Positions 1-11,100 of a DNA stretch of 64,000 nucleotides are shown in pieces. The translations under genes were made by a program, and so were the position numbers. Origin of the DNA: Raillietiella orientalis (taxonomy: Eukaryota); the NCBI GenBank assembly GCA_036172245.1, contig JAYWIR010000018.1, positions 3,472,001 to 3,536,000 on the forward strand, read 5' to 3'. The notes beneath the pieces were generated by a model. It had not been told where the DNA came from, ran no database searches, and saw nothing but the letters and a program-made list of their open reading frames with translations. Position 1 is the stretch's first letter. The number at the start of each line of letters is the position of its first letter.

Positions 1-407
1 AGGAACACCTGCGAAAGGTTGGGGCCTAGGATAGGAGGTGCTATCTGGTGACGCCCGGTCCTTGGGCGCCAGCTGGAAGAAGACAGAGGTGAATGAGGTC
101 ACGGCGAGCGCACAGTCAGAGGGGTGGTCGGGAGAGCCATGGGCACAAGACGCATCTCGGATCGCCTCTTCTGAAAGGTGGTCTCGTTTCGAATGAGTCA
201 GGTGGAGGAGGGCGGAAGGAATACGACCACTCCTTGTCCTGACTCCGTCCCAAGTGCACGTTTCCTGGGAGATGATGATGGCCTTCGTGTTTCTGGTTCC
301 TTTGTCTGGAACGATGAGGGCGCTGGGACCTTGCTCCTCCTTGCTCAAGCGCGCTGCGCCGTTGCCTTGGCAATCTCTCCCGTCATTCCGTTGGTCCTCT
401 GCCTCTC
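1..407 (-). CDS. Candidate further linker exon(s) running off the window edge
   Basis: Acceptor ctgtcag at 408-410; the phase-1 frame stays open to position 1. A second acceptor at 73-75 suggests an internal intron. Confidence 0.4.
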
Positions 408-547
408 CTGACAGACTCCGTTTCGTTTCACGGAAGAGGGCGGGACTGCTGTCGCGAGCCAACAGGTGTCACCTCAGGTGCTGGATCACGGAAGCCCCCC
501 TTCCCCTGTCTCTGCGCTATGAGCCTTTCTGATGCCTCCGCCTTTAC

Positions 548-787
548 CTTTGTCGTGGTCCAAGGACTCGCTCTTCACAGGAGGCTTCGAGTCGAACTCC
601 TGATACGACCCCCTGCGGGATTCCGGATTGGACCGCGGATACAGCTTGATGTTGACCGCCCCTTCCAGGGCTCGGGAGCTCCTCCTGCTCGAGTAGGACG
701 AATGGTCCCTCAGGCTTGCGCTGGATGGCTGTCTGGTGAAGATCTGAATGACCGAATCTCCCAGGTTTATCCCGCGTGCGAGGGATC
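548..787 (-). CDS. Fife: Post-C2A linker exon (SLARGINLGDSVIQIF...SLDHDK)
   Basis: Acceptor ctcatttcag, donor AAG|GTAAAG, 240 nt open, phase 1 to 1, Ser/Arg-rich. Confidence 0.65.
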
Positions 788-1023
788 CTGAAATGAGAGG
801 GAAGGCCATGCTGTGGCGAACTCTCGGGGCAAGAAGCAACGAATGCAAGGGGGAGGAGTCCTTCCTGGAGGAGAAACAGGAGCTAGGGACCTCAGGATGG
901 CCAATTCCTGTTGAAGGTGGTCCAAAGAAGAGAAGGAAGAATGAAGAGAAGAGGAAGAAAAACTAGAGGAGCGAGTCCGTACGTCATGCACGCGAAGCAG
1001 GAGAAAAAAACGATCTTAGTCAC

Positions 1024-1047
1024 CTTCTGAAGCCCGCTGACGGCTCC
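1024..1047 (-). CDS. Candidate 24-nt microexon (xSRQRASE)
   Basis: Acceptor cctcgtctctgcag, donor AAG|GTGACT, symmetric phase 1-1. Confidence 0.35.
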
Positions 1048-2499
1048 CTGCAGAGACGAGGACAGCCCCGCCTACGAGATCGGAAACTCATCGGGCGCTG
1101 CCGACCGAGCAAGAGGGGGATGACTCGGGAGAGGAAAGCGGCGACTCCCAAAGCCGCAGCACATGCAGAGCCGTCACCGGGTAGGACGCTTAGATCAAAA
1201 TTATTCACCTTCCTTTTCTCTCCTTCCCTTTCCCTCTCTCTTTCTTCTCTCTCTTTTCCACCCCCTCAGACCCAGGCGGCTGCGAACAGCAGCAGCAAAC
1301 GCTGCTGATGCTGAGGGGGTTCCTAACCGCGATTTATTCTCTCGTGTCTCTCAGATCTTCCGTCGGCGCTAGCTTCCGAGAATCAGCTGAGATTAGTCGC
1401 GGAGATGTGGTTCCTCGGAAAGGCTCTCTCTGCAACTTTCTATAGGGAACGAACGGGTCGATCGACGGCACTGCCAGGAGGAGCAGGAGAGCTTCCATGG
1501 AGACCGCATCTTCACGCTTTCGCGGATGTTGCTTCAGAAGAGATCTGGCGGAATCCAGGAGTTCCGGTGTTGCCGATCTTCTGGATGCCGCGAAACACGA
1601 ACAGAGCCCTTTCGCACCCTGCCCTTCTCCTCTGGCGAGAACCAGGGAGGTGCTCTGTGAAAACTTTGGTTTCTTGAGAACTGTTGCCCGCTGAAGTCGC
1701 CGGCTATTCAGAGAAGCCTAAGGTTGCTTTGACTTTTCATTTCAGTAGTTGTCATGACAACAAGAGGCGCTGTAGCGTTTCAGTGCGTACTGTTTCCGAC
1801 CCCAACTTCCCTTACCCCTTTCCCTCACGAACCTGGAAACATCCTTCGATGGCAGGTAGGATGGAGAAAGAAGATCCCCACAGGAGTTGTAGAGCGGAAA
1901 ATTGGATTAAAAAAAATAATTCGACCACCGCTCCTTCATCAAGGTAGAGAGATCAAGGAAATGCCATCCTCTGCAGCGTCCTTGCTCTGCTGTTAGGTTT
2001 CAGAGAGGTAGGATGAGGTGCGGAAAAACTCAGCAGAGCAAAGCATTAAGAATCGGCCAGGCCGCAATCTGCTTCTGGAACATTCCCGGAACCGCCCTTG
2101 ATCAGACTGGTCCCGGGTGGAACAGTTCCTAACCCTCGGGATTGCGTTTGCAGGAGTTTCTTGATGTTTCTCCTTCCCCAACCCAACAGCCTAGCATCAA
2201 CGAAAGGCACACTGGGAGACCAGGATTCCAGCGCAGGTGTTTTCATCTGCACGGACATGTGCAAAGGACGGAGGAGCTGTTCATTCCTTCCTCCTCCTCT
2301 TCCTCTCGAACGCGTGCGCGCGCTTTCGCCTTGCCTCTACTTCTGTCTCTGTTGCCTCTCCTCTCCCAGCAACTGAGCAGCGCTTCCCGTATTTAAACAC
2401 GCGTCTTTCACGCTTTCTTTCTCTTCTGTCTTGTAATGAAGGCATCAGATTTCTGCACAACAGCTTCTCCAAGGATTCACTCTTCAAGTGGTCCTCTTC

Positions 2500-3990
2500 T
2501 GTCATTCTTTATTTACTTTTCCCTGAGAAAAATGCTCCCGTAATGCAGCTCCTCTGCCAGCGTCTGGATAGCAGCGAGCCGACTGGAGGCATTCGGTGCC
2601 ATTTGTCTCGAGGAATGCTCGAGGTATGCTGCGAGGTGTTTCTTTCTCGGTCCATCTTCCCCCTGTGCGAACCAAGGGGCACGGACACAAGGGTGGCGAA
2701 AGAGTGAATTGCTTCGACCCCGTCTACTCAAGTAAAGAAAGAAAATGCCGGCCAGTTCGAGAACAGTTTTTAATGTCAGAACCAAAACGGAGGAAGAGAT
2801 AGCGGGAGTTCCGAGATTTCGTCCCAGAGAAATCCTCGCGGAGAGAAAGATCTTTTTAGGGGTCCGAAGTAACTAGAAGTCGCCCTTTCGGAAAATCTCC
2901 CCGTGTTCCAGAAGCGCTCCTGATGGATGGATGGATGAGAGCGCATCCCACGACCGGAGAAGGGGGAGGTTCTGGAAAGTTTGGGGAAACCAAAAGCCAT
3001 TTCGTCAAGCATAGCACACTGACAGAAGCAAGGACTCTGCCGTCTTCCCAATCCTTCCTCGCTTAACTCCGGAATTCGAAAAATGGAACGCAGAGAAGCT
3101 GCCAAGCTGTCATTCGCACGCTTCTCGGGCAACGCGAGGCACATTAACAAGGAGCACATTTGCTGTGCGGTTCCTTTCATTCCCCCTCTCTCCTCAGCAA
3201 GAGACAGCAATCTGAAAGCAAAAGACTCCAGGATTTCTCACCAGAAATCCGCTCAGGGATCCAGAAAAACTGTAGGCACGGAGAACTCAGAGATGCTCGT
3301 CAAAGGAAGGAAGCCTCGATTGTTTCTGAGCAAACTGTTAAAAACCGATGGAAAATTCTTGTGGCTGGGGTCACTGAGTCGGCACAGTAACAAGAGCAGT
3401 GCTTTCCTTCAAGAGTATTTTCTCAATGCACCAGTCGGAGTCGCGCTGAACGCTGCTTGCCTTTACGGTTATCCAGAAGAGTGTTTTACCCGCCGAGAGG
3501 TACTTCGAACGGAAAAGCTCCCGATCTGTGATCAATTCGCCTTGACCGGGGCTCTGTAAGCATCCTCCTTGGTGAGGGAAACGCCAGAAACTGCTCAGGT
3601 GCTCCGTAGCTCGAGTCGAGGTCCTATTTGGGATGCTCCTGTAGTTTTTAACGTGGTCCACGCACATGATACACAGGTCCGCGAGGCCGGTCTTCATCTC
3701 TGCCAAGATGTGGGATGGACTGCTGCCACTTTCCTTTCGGCAGGTGCGGAAAGTCCTCTGCCGGTCCTCTCCATTCCTGAATGACTCTTTCTCCTCTCTC
3801 CTTCCGAAATAGGCTGTAGGTATTTTTCGATCAGAAAATCAATCCTTATGGCAGCAATGTAGGCGAAGTTCATCCTTTCGAGCCTTTGGTCGCACCAATA
3901 CTGAGCGGGGTCACTCCTCACCGTGAGGGACCGATTGCCTAACGGAGCACTTTTCAGAGCACCGGTGTAAGACACATGAGGCTGACACGA
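2500..3990 (-). mobile_element. Degenerate Tx1/L1-like LINE ORF2 (RT to C-terminus)
   Basis: Frameshifted motifs in the expected order: SYTGA..S..GNRSLT, IGATKGSKG*TSPTLL (GxRQGxPLSPxLF-like), SKYLSAGK, QFFW, LSLAEERGGMKG (LPxxxGGLG-like). Confidence 0.5.
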
Positions 3991-5479
3991 GAGCGTGGAC
4001 TAGTGAAAGTCGGTTCTCGGGGGTCAGCCGGCCTACTCGTATGCGTGCGCCACCATTCTACCTCCTCCACATCCGATCGCGCAGCGGGAAGGCCGAAACC
4101 ACATTCCCAGATAGCAACTCCTCCTGTGCCGTACAGAGGTATCCTGTGCACATACACACGTGTGACTTGAGTTATGCAACAGCAATTTCACGCAACAGTT
4201 CATGAAAGATGCGTGCGCGATCTGTTCGTTCGTAGAAGGTTTCTGCAAACACTTGCGCTCAAGTCAACATCCTCCTGCGTAACACGAAATAAGCTTCTTA
4301 CACATGATACTCGTTTTCCTTCTTTCTTCTGCTTTTAATGAATGGACTGTTGGCAGCAGAGAGTGTTTCATTATGCATCTGCGACCTGTATCGAGCGCCG
4401 CGAAACCAACGATCCCTGTCTTCTTTGGCTCGCAATTTTTGCGTAGGTTCCTCTTGGGTGGGCCGACCGATTTCAGTGAGGTCAGTTCGTTTCACACTAT
4501 TTAGGAGACACTTCGGTATTTTAACTGTTTTGACAAACAAATACGCTATTCTGATTGCTGCTCGCGGAGGTGGAGGAAGGTTGAGGACAGCAGCAGTTTG
4601 TTCTTTGGTGTCTTTCTGTCGAAACCACATTGGAACATCAAATATACAGTGGAAAGGAACCTAACAAGCTTCCTGAGGAAAGGCAAACCAAAATTTCCCG
4701 GTGTGAAATGTGGAAAATGAGGATCAAGGTATCCCAAGCTTCACTCGATGTTAGTTTGCACGTAAAATGGGAGAACCACAGCGTTGGCTGCACAGCATTT
4801 TCCCAGAGTGGTCAACTTCGAACTGCCGTTTGTGCCTACTACGATTCCTTCATTTGATCGGAGAGCATACCAGTTCCTCTGCAGCCAAAGAACCATTTCT
4901 GTTTCCATGTTCCGAGCATGGAATGTTCGAGAACTGTTCAGTTTTCCAGATCCCATTATGGATCCCTTAAACACCCATAAATTAAATCAAAGCATCACGA
5001 ACACGAACCTCCCCTCCTTGTTAAAGGTAAGCTCCGGTAAGAAACTGCCCACAGTCCCGCAAAGTCCGAAACGTCTGCTGTCCTTTCGAGTTTTTTTTTC
5101 TTCCCTTATACACAATAAATTTGTATCGAGTGCAAATCCGTCTCGTTTGGTAATTACTTATAAACAATTGAACCTCGGGAGTTTTCATTGCAGCTGTTCA
5201 TATACGATTTTCTTGCAATGATTGCGGCGATTGATGAAGTGAGGAAAAAATGTTCCCCAAAAGAATGCGTCGGGGACTCCAACATGCAAAGGTCTAATCT
5301 CTCGACGTTGCTGTGCAGAGAGAGGAGCTTTCGAACGCCAGGAAGGAAGGGATGAGTCTTGCGGATAATGCACATTAAAGCAGATGGATGGCCTGAATCC
5401 AGCCTGTTATTAGATGGTTGCAGAATCGAAAGGGTCCCGAAAAAAAAGTTTTTCAACTTTCTCTCTCCCTCTCTCCCTC

Positions 5480-5509
5480 TGTGTGTGTGTGTGTATGTGT
5501 GTGTGTGTG
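5480..5509 (+). repeat. (TG)n microsatellite
   Basis: Direct reading, one interruption. Confidence 0.95.
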
Positions 5510-5641
5510 CGATCCCGTTCCCTGTAGGAGTTTTTGAAAAACTGATGGCGTCCTCCCCCGTCGCCTCCGCGCACGCGGCGAAGCGCCGTGTGCAACAGAG
5601 GGAAAAATGCAACCGTATCGACGTTATCGATCAAACTTCAC

Positions 5642-5725
5642 CTGTACTCCGTCTGGATCTACGAAGCCGAAGCCAAAACGGTCGATCATCCATGAACTCT
5701 GCTTTCACGTCCAGATGCGCCTCTC
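5642..5725 (-). CDS. Fife: C2A exon 3 (GEAHLDVKAEFMDDRPFWLRL)
   Basis: Matches the RIM C2A end GE...DL....LDD.P.W..L; phase 1 to 1; donor CAG|GTGAAG. Confidence 0.88.
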
Positions 5726-5826
5726 CTGGCGCCAAGGAAACCGTGAAAGCCCGGTTCCTCGGGAGCGCGGAGGCCCCCCGGAAGATCCGAGGAGGCTCCA
5801 CGCGCGCTCAGAGGGAGGATGCTCAC

Positions 5827-5984
5827 CCAGGAGCTGCGATTCATCCTTGTTCTCGTTGTCCCAGACGGAAATGAGGATGCGCGAGCCTTCAAGAGAGTCG
5901 TACTCAATCTCCTCGAAGATGAAGGTGCAGTTCCAGATGGGCCGCACGGATGGTTCGGCGACTGGAGTGCTGAAGATCTGTGTG
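5827..5984 (-). CDS. Fife: C2A exon 2 (..PIWNCTFIFEEI...ILISVWDNENKDESQLL)
   Basis: P.WN.TF and .VWD C2 motifs; phase 2 to 1; acceptor tcttgcag, donor G|GTGAGC. Confidence 0.92.
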
Positions 5985-6134
5985 CTGCAAGAGAGGGCAG
6001 AGAGGGGGCGCGCAAGCGGCTCGCAGGGGGCGCCGGAAGGAAGTGGCGAAGGGCATCGAGACAGTTGTCCCTATCCAAGGTGGAGGCCTTTGCCTCCCCT
6101 CCCTCCTGGCGCCGGACCCCACGCTCAGTCTCAC

Positions 6135-6316
6135 CTGGCGGGCTCCAGCTGGATCTCCGCGTGGGGTGACGGGGGTGCTCCCAGTGGCGTTCCGTCCCTG
6201 GTCCTCAGTCCATGCGCGGAGAGCACCGTGGCGACCAGCTCCCGCGTCTGCGCGTTATACCAAAGCTGCAGTTGGACCTTCCCCTCGGAGGATGGTGGCT
6301 CGTGACAGAGATCCTC
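6135..6316 (-). CDS. Fife: C2A exon 1 (..GKVQLQLWYNAQTRELVATVLSAHGL..)
   Basis: RIM C2A N-terminal signature G.IQ.QLWY....L.VTVL.A..L; donor AG|GTGAGA. Confidence 0.92.
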
Positions 6317-6376
6317 CTGCGGGCACAGCTCCCCATGAAAACCTGCATTGCTCCCGAGGGGGCAGTGGCACGGTAC

Positions 6377-6444
6377 CGGCGTTTTCGGCAGCCTCCTCCG
6401 CGAAGGGGACGTGGATCGCTGCTGTTGCCTGCCGTCTGCCAGCT
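6377..6444 (-). CDS. Fife: Linker exon (ELADGRQQQRSTSPSRRRLPKTP)
   Basis: Acceptor cacccacag, donor CCG|GTACCG, phase 1 to 0. RRxLPxxP motif typical of RIM-family linkers. Confidence 0.7.
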
Positions 6445-6876
6445 CTGTGGGTGAAGGGCAAGGAGGGTGAGGTCGAGCTCTCTGGATCAGCTCTGCGGAG
6501 GGCACGAGGGGAACAGCAAAAGAAAGGGACTCTCCTCCAGACCGCCTGAGGGTGTCTCTCGCTCCAGACTCCTTTTCTCCCGTTCCCCTTGAGGCATGAG
6601 CACTCGTGCCTCCTTCTTCGCCCCTTCCGCCTCGCGCGCACGAGGAAGGGGAGAAAGGGGACCCGTTTCCCCTGAAAGTTTCCAGATGATCCGAAAAGCG
6701 TGCATTGCAAGAAGAAGGAACGCTCTGTTGCCGGATTTCAGACCCCCTTTAGGTAGGCTCACAGCCATGGCAGTCCCACCAGAAAGGCGTTGAATCAGAA
6801 GCGAAACCCTTCCACGGCGGTTGGAGGGGAGCAGTGTGGGAGAAGGGGGAACAGCAGCGCCTGCGGCAGGAGCTAC

Positions 6877-6938
6877 CTATCTTGGAGAGCAGAGTGTTGT
6901 CCGGGAGGTCCAGTGAAGGCTTCGGCGCAGGGGGTGAC
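6877..6938 (-). CDS. Fife: PDZ-C2A linker exon (SPPAPKPSLDLPDNTLLSKI)
   Basis: Acceptor cccattccag, donor AG|GTAGCT, phase 2 to 1, bridging its neighbours. Confidence 0.6.
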
Positions 6939-7293
6939 CTGGAATGGGGAAGCCGACGTGAGCCAGGATAGGGGTCAGACGCCCTTCGTCCATCCTTTTC
7001 CCTCTCTCCTTCCCTCACGCCGGAAGACTCGAAAAGAAAGGGAGGATGCCGGGTTCTCCGCTCGTTGGTGCCCGAAGGCACTCGAACGTTGACATTCTAG
7101 GCAGGCAGGGCAGGAAGTTCGGCGGGAGCTCCTGCAGCTCCCGTCGAGCTCCGGCAGAGAACGACGACATCGTTCCTCAGCCCTTCCCTCTTCGTCGTCT
7201 CCCCTCACAGAAGGGGAGAATGAGGGAGGCAAAGAAAGGGAGCCGCAGGCGTGCGAGGGGAAGAGCCGCTAGCGCCCATTTCCAGAGGCTCAC

Positions 7294-7394
7294 CTCAGCA
7301 GGAGCAGATGGACCACTTTCTCCGAGCCACGCATCAGCATCTGCACCTCGTCCTCGCTCTTGTCGACCAGGGTCACACCGTCCCACTCGAGAAT
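7294..7394 (-). CDS. Fife: PDZ exon 3 (ILEWDGVTLVDKSEDEVQMLMRGSEKVVHLLLLR)
   Basis: Matches the RIM-family PDZ C-terminal half (VLEWNG...EEV..I...V.L..R); acceptor ctccag, donor AG|GTGAGC. Confidence 0.9.
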
Positions 7395-7435
7395 CTGGAG
7401 TACGAGTGAGAGGGACGTCACCAGGGGACGCTCAC

Positions 7436-7560
7436 CGTGTCCCCTTCCTGCAGACCGTTCTCAGCGGCTTCCGAGCCGGCCCTGACGCTCGCCACGTGGA
7501 CCACAGAGGGGCCATCCTCAACGGGACGCACCACAGAAGGCCTCAAGCCAAAGCTTCCAT
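7436..7560 (-). CDS. Fife: PDZ exon 2 (DGSFGL...VHVASVRAGSEAAENGLQEGDT)
   Basis: GLGF-like loop and the V..V..GS.A...GL..GD PDZ signature; donor ACG|GTGAGC. Confidence 0.9.
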
Positions 7561-7608
7561 CTACACGGATCAGATCAGCCCGCAATCCGCGGCTTGACCA
7601 CCACTCAC

Positions 7609-7653
7609 CTTCCCCTCTGCGCACCTTGGCCTGGAAACGGTTCCCGAAGTCGG
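7609..7653 (-). CDS. Fife: PDZ exon 1 (DFGNRFQAKVRRGE)
   Basis: Acceptor cttcttccag, donor AAG|GTGAGT, phase 1 to 1. Confidence 0.75.
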
Positions 7654-7716
7654 CTGGAAGAAGGGAGAGGGAGGAGAGTCTGGCGGCGCCTTCCCGTCAG
7701 AGCCGCCTCTTCTTAC

Positions 7717-7910
7717 CCGCGCTCTTGCCGCCCGTCTCCGAAGCCTTGTGGATGACGATCTTGATTCTTTCCGCCTCTGGGAGTGAGCTGCGCTTGGACT
7801 CCTTCTGGCTCTCCGGGGAGCTTCGGAAGGCTTTCGGGAACGCAGGCAGAGCCACAGAAGAGGCCGGCGTCGTCGGAAGCGTTCTTCCGGTGACCTTGTC
7901 GCTGCTGCTA
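7717..7910 (-). CDS. Fife: Pre-PDZ exon (SSDKVTGRTLP...ERIKIVIHKASE)
   Basis: Strong polypyrimidine acceptor, donor G|GTAAGA, 194 nt, phase 2 to 1, open frame. Confidence 0.8.
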
Positions 7911-8114
7911 CTGGGAGGAGAGAGGGAAAGACGTCACGTCACCGCGACACGAGAGAAGGAAAGGGGCAACTTGAAGGAATGTGAGCAGCGTCCCCTGATA
8001 GGAGTGACCCCTGACTCCCACGATTCCTCCGGCAACAGTCGTGCCGACAGCTGGTAATTAGGAAAGAAAGGAAGGGAAAGGGAGTAAGACGGGATCTCCT
8101 TCACTGTCACCCAC

Positions 8115-8169
8115 GAAAAGGAAGAGCGCCTTGCTATGTAGGTCATCCGTTGCCACAGCACACTTCCTG
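8115..8169 (-). CDS. Fife: Fife-like exon (GSVLWQRMTYIARRSSF)
   Basis: Acceptor ctcttcttcag (NAGNAG), donor TC|GTGGGT, phase 1 to 2, matching the next exon. Confidence 0.65.
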
Positions 8170-11100
8170 CTGAAGAAGAGCGGGCGAAAGTGAGTGCCCG
8201 AAGGAAGGCCTTCCCACATTCCCTTTTGGTACGGACTTCCCACCCTTTGAGCCCACCCTTCCGGAGAAGCACCGGGATCCGTCTTTTACGATGAAGAAGC
8301 CGAGCATGGACGCAGGAAGGCTGCAATCCAGCAGCTCCGATGACCACTCGGAATCGTCTTCTCGGGAAAGCGTGAGGTCAAGCTGAGGGTCTCCACACTT
8401 TGAGGCCCCGGAAATTTCCGGTGGGCCTGGGTTAGCCCAAGGAAGAAACAAGACTGGTCCCTTCCTTACAAAGGCGGAGGTGGAAGAAACATTCCTACGA
8501 ATCCCGGACCTTCGAAAGGATGAAGAGATGTCGGCGAATCCGTCCCAGGCAGCCTTGATGTTTTCCTTCATCAGGAGCCTTAGGAGGGAATTTCTTCGGA
8601 AGTAGGGTAGGAAGGATTTCCTGCCTCACCCCGAGATTACGCGCCAGCAAGCTCTTTGGAGAGTATCCTCTCGAGAACTAAGATCTGTCTCCCGGAATGG
8701 ATGCTTGTGAGCCAGCGAAGAACTCTTCCGTCCAGCGATCTCCGAGGAGCTGCGGGACCTCTCTCACAAAGCGAATGAAAGCGGATCTCTAGGAGAGAAG
8801 TCTTCCTGACGATCTCTGCTGCTTCCAGGATAGGCGGAGTAGTAAGAGCAGGGGCTGCTTTAGGAACGCAGCTCATCGCCTCCCAGAGAAAACCTCGACG
8901 TGCGGCCGTCCATCGGCCGGGCTTGACTTGCCCATTGTCCTCGCCATCGATCACGCGTTCCTTACGCGCCAGGACTTCCTTTGGTACCTGCTCCGGAACC
9001 TAGGGCGTAGAGTGAGATTGACTGACAGAATTCCCGCGGGATGTTTGCATGGGTACTCCGGACAAGGAGGATTCTTCATGGAAGCGGGTTTTCCTCTCCT
9101 GCTTTCAAGACGGCTTCCACAGTCGGGGTTCTGGTTTCCCATCTTTCCTTTCGCGTCCGCGGAGGCTGGGAACGCTCTTCGTACATGAGAGAAACTTCGA
9201 CACTTCCAATAATCGCGCCTTGCTGAAGCTCAGCGGCGGCGACACTGCCCGTGAGCAACGTTTTCGACTGTTTTCGACTTCAGCTGTCCGGTGAGCTGCC
9301 TAGCAACCTCACCGTCGCGGTGGAGGTGGTAGCTTGATCTGCGGCGCCGCAGAGCCTTGTCTCAGAGTCCTGACGATCCTCGGAATCGTCTCTTCTTGGA
9401 AGCATGAAATCAAGGAGAAACGACAAGCATATCTCCACTTTGAGCGCTTCTGCCCGAGACACGGACATACAGGAGAATTTCCTGCCTCCGGTACCTCTTA
9501 GGTGCCCCATTCTCCCATTTGGAACATTCCAGAGCATTTCACGGCTCGGACGCATAGAGAGAGGAATAGCGAGCTCAATCTTAGAAACTTGTTGAGGCAC
9601 TGCGATAGGTGGGCCTTCTAGGAAGCTCTCAGGTTGCCAGCGGCTGCTTTCCAATTAAAGGACGTAGTCAGGCAAGGATAAAGATGTCTTTTCCATCCGC
9701 GCAGGAGCTGGGGTTTCCAAGAGAGTTTTCCCGTGCGCGCGGACATCAGGTCATCAGGCTGAGCAGACATCGCTCCAGTTGCCAAGGAGAGACGCGAAGG
9801 GACGGGAAGCGCTCCTGGCGACTCAGGGCCCTGCCCGAGGAAATCATCCAGGGCACGGAGCGGTGACGCTTCCGCCACGGGTGAGAGCGTCCCTACCAAA
9901 AGAGAAAGAGCGCTGCTTCTCTAAGCCAACGCGCCTGCAGGCATTGCTGGAGTGCTCTCGGTGCGACCTCTCAAATTTCGCCTGCTGTCCGGGAAGATAA
10001 GGAGAAGGGGAGACACTCGAAATTCCACGGTGAGCTCTTGGAAGCGTTCACGAAGTTTCACTCTCAAAGATCCCGCTGCGTTCGCAGCTGGGGCGGGTGC
10101 GACAGAGGCGTCGTCCTTCGTCGAGGCAACATCAACTTCCACCCTTCCCCCTCGTGTCCTCTTCCGCGCGTCCGAAAAAGGAGCCGAGCCATGCAGGAGG
10201 AATCGCAGACGCGGCGCTGCAGGTCCGAAGCGGGGCATATGCAAGTCGTGCGATTTCCGATACTCACTGGCGACTCTCGGGTTCCTTGAAACGGAGGGAG
10301 GCAGTCAGAAGAGGGGAAGAAGCAACGAGATGGAGGAAGGCAGTGGCGGCAGGAAGCTTCTTCCAGACGGGAGCGCAGCACGCGAAGAGGCGCTGATGCC
10401 TTTCCTCTTCGTCACGCAAATCGCTCCAGGAGAAAGCAGAGGAGGTGGTGGAAATGGCGACAAGAGTGCCTTCAAGCAGCCTTCAGACTGATTTATGGGG
10501 ACACGAGGGTCTGTCTGGGGAAGCCACTGGAACCGAAGCCTGTAGGACGGAGGAGCCGAGCACCGGTAGTCAGCTGCGAGACCCGGAAGGAAACTGATGC
10601 ATAGGACAGAGCCCCCGACAGCACATCGAGCGGAACACTACCGTAGTGCCAGAGCGCTTGGGTCAGCGAGTAAAGAAGACTCGACACGCCTAACGCCTGA
10701 CTATCAGTCTCCTCTGGCAGCATCGTACGCACCTTGGATGTGAGAGGTGCTCTCAGAAGACAGAGTAGGGGAGGGTGCTGTCTGCTCGCAGCTCTCGCGA
10801 TGGCGCGTGCTCGAAGAGAGAAAATGGCCCACGGTTGGCGTTTCCCATCGAGCACGAACCCCAAGGCTTTCCGGATCGTGGATTGATTCCCCAGTTTCCG
10901 TCGATGTAAAGGTGCAGGTGGTGGTGGTGGTGATAGAGGTCATTAGCCATACCGTGCAGCTACAGCATTTCCTCGCACCGCCTTTCCCTTTCTCCCCCTT
11001 CCTTCCCCGAGCACCATGCAAACCCTAGAAGGACACGGACGGAGTCCCCTGAGTCTTCGTGGTTGGAAGAGAGAAGAAGGGAACTAAAGGTCTACGACAA

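Noticed and set aside
3880..3925. GVTPLSIGATKG as an ankyrin repeat
   Set aside because: The context fits the degenerate RT QG..SP motif better.
5590..5641. GEV/LIDNVDTVAFFPL as the C2A C-terminal exon
   Set aside because: It needs a frameshift and has a poor acceptor. Exon 5642-5725 fits better and uses this GT as its donor.
7010..7203. Possible exon GDDEEGRAEERCRRSLPELD with a rare GAG acceptor
   Set aside because: No phase-2 donor was found, and the neighbouring exons already join in phase.
9720..9775. Hammerhead-like CTGATGA...GAAA on the minus strand
   Set aside because: Stems I and III do not pair. Other CTGATGA/CTGACGA hits inspected also failed.
8200..11020. Tiled minus-strand ORFs as a giant Piccolo/Clarinet-like exon
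   Set aside because: Frames change and stops intervene; this is compatible with GC-rich intron, and no motif supports it.
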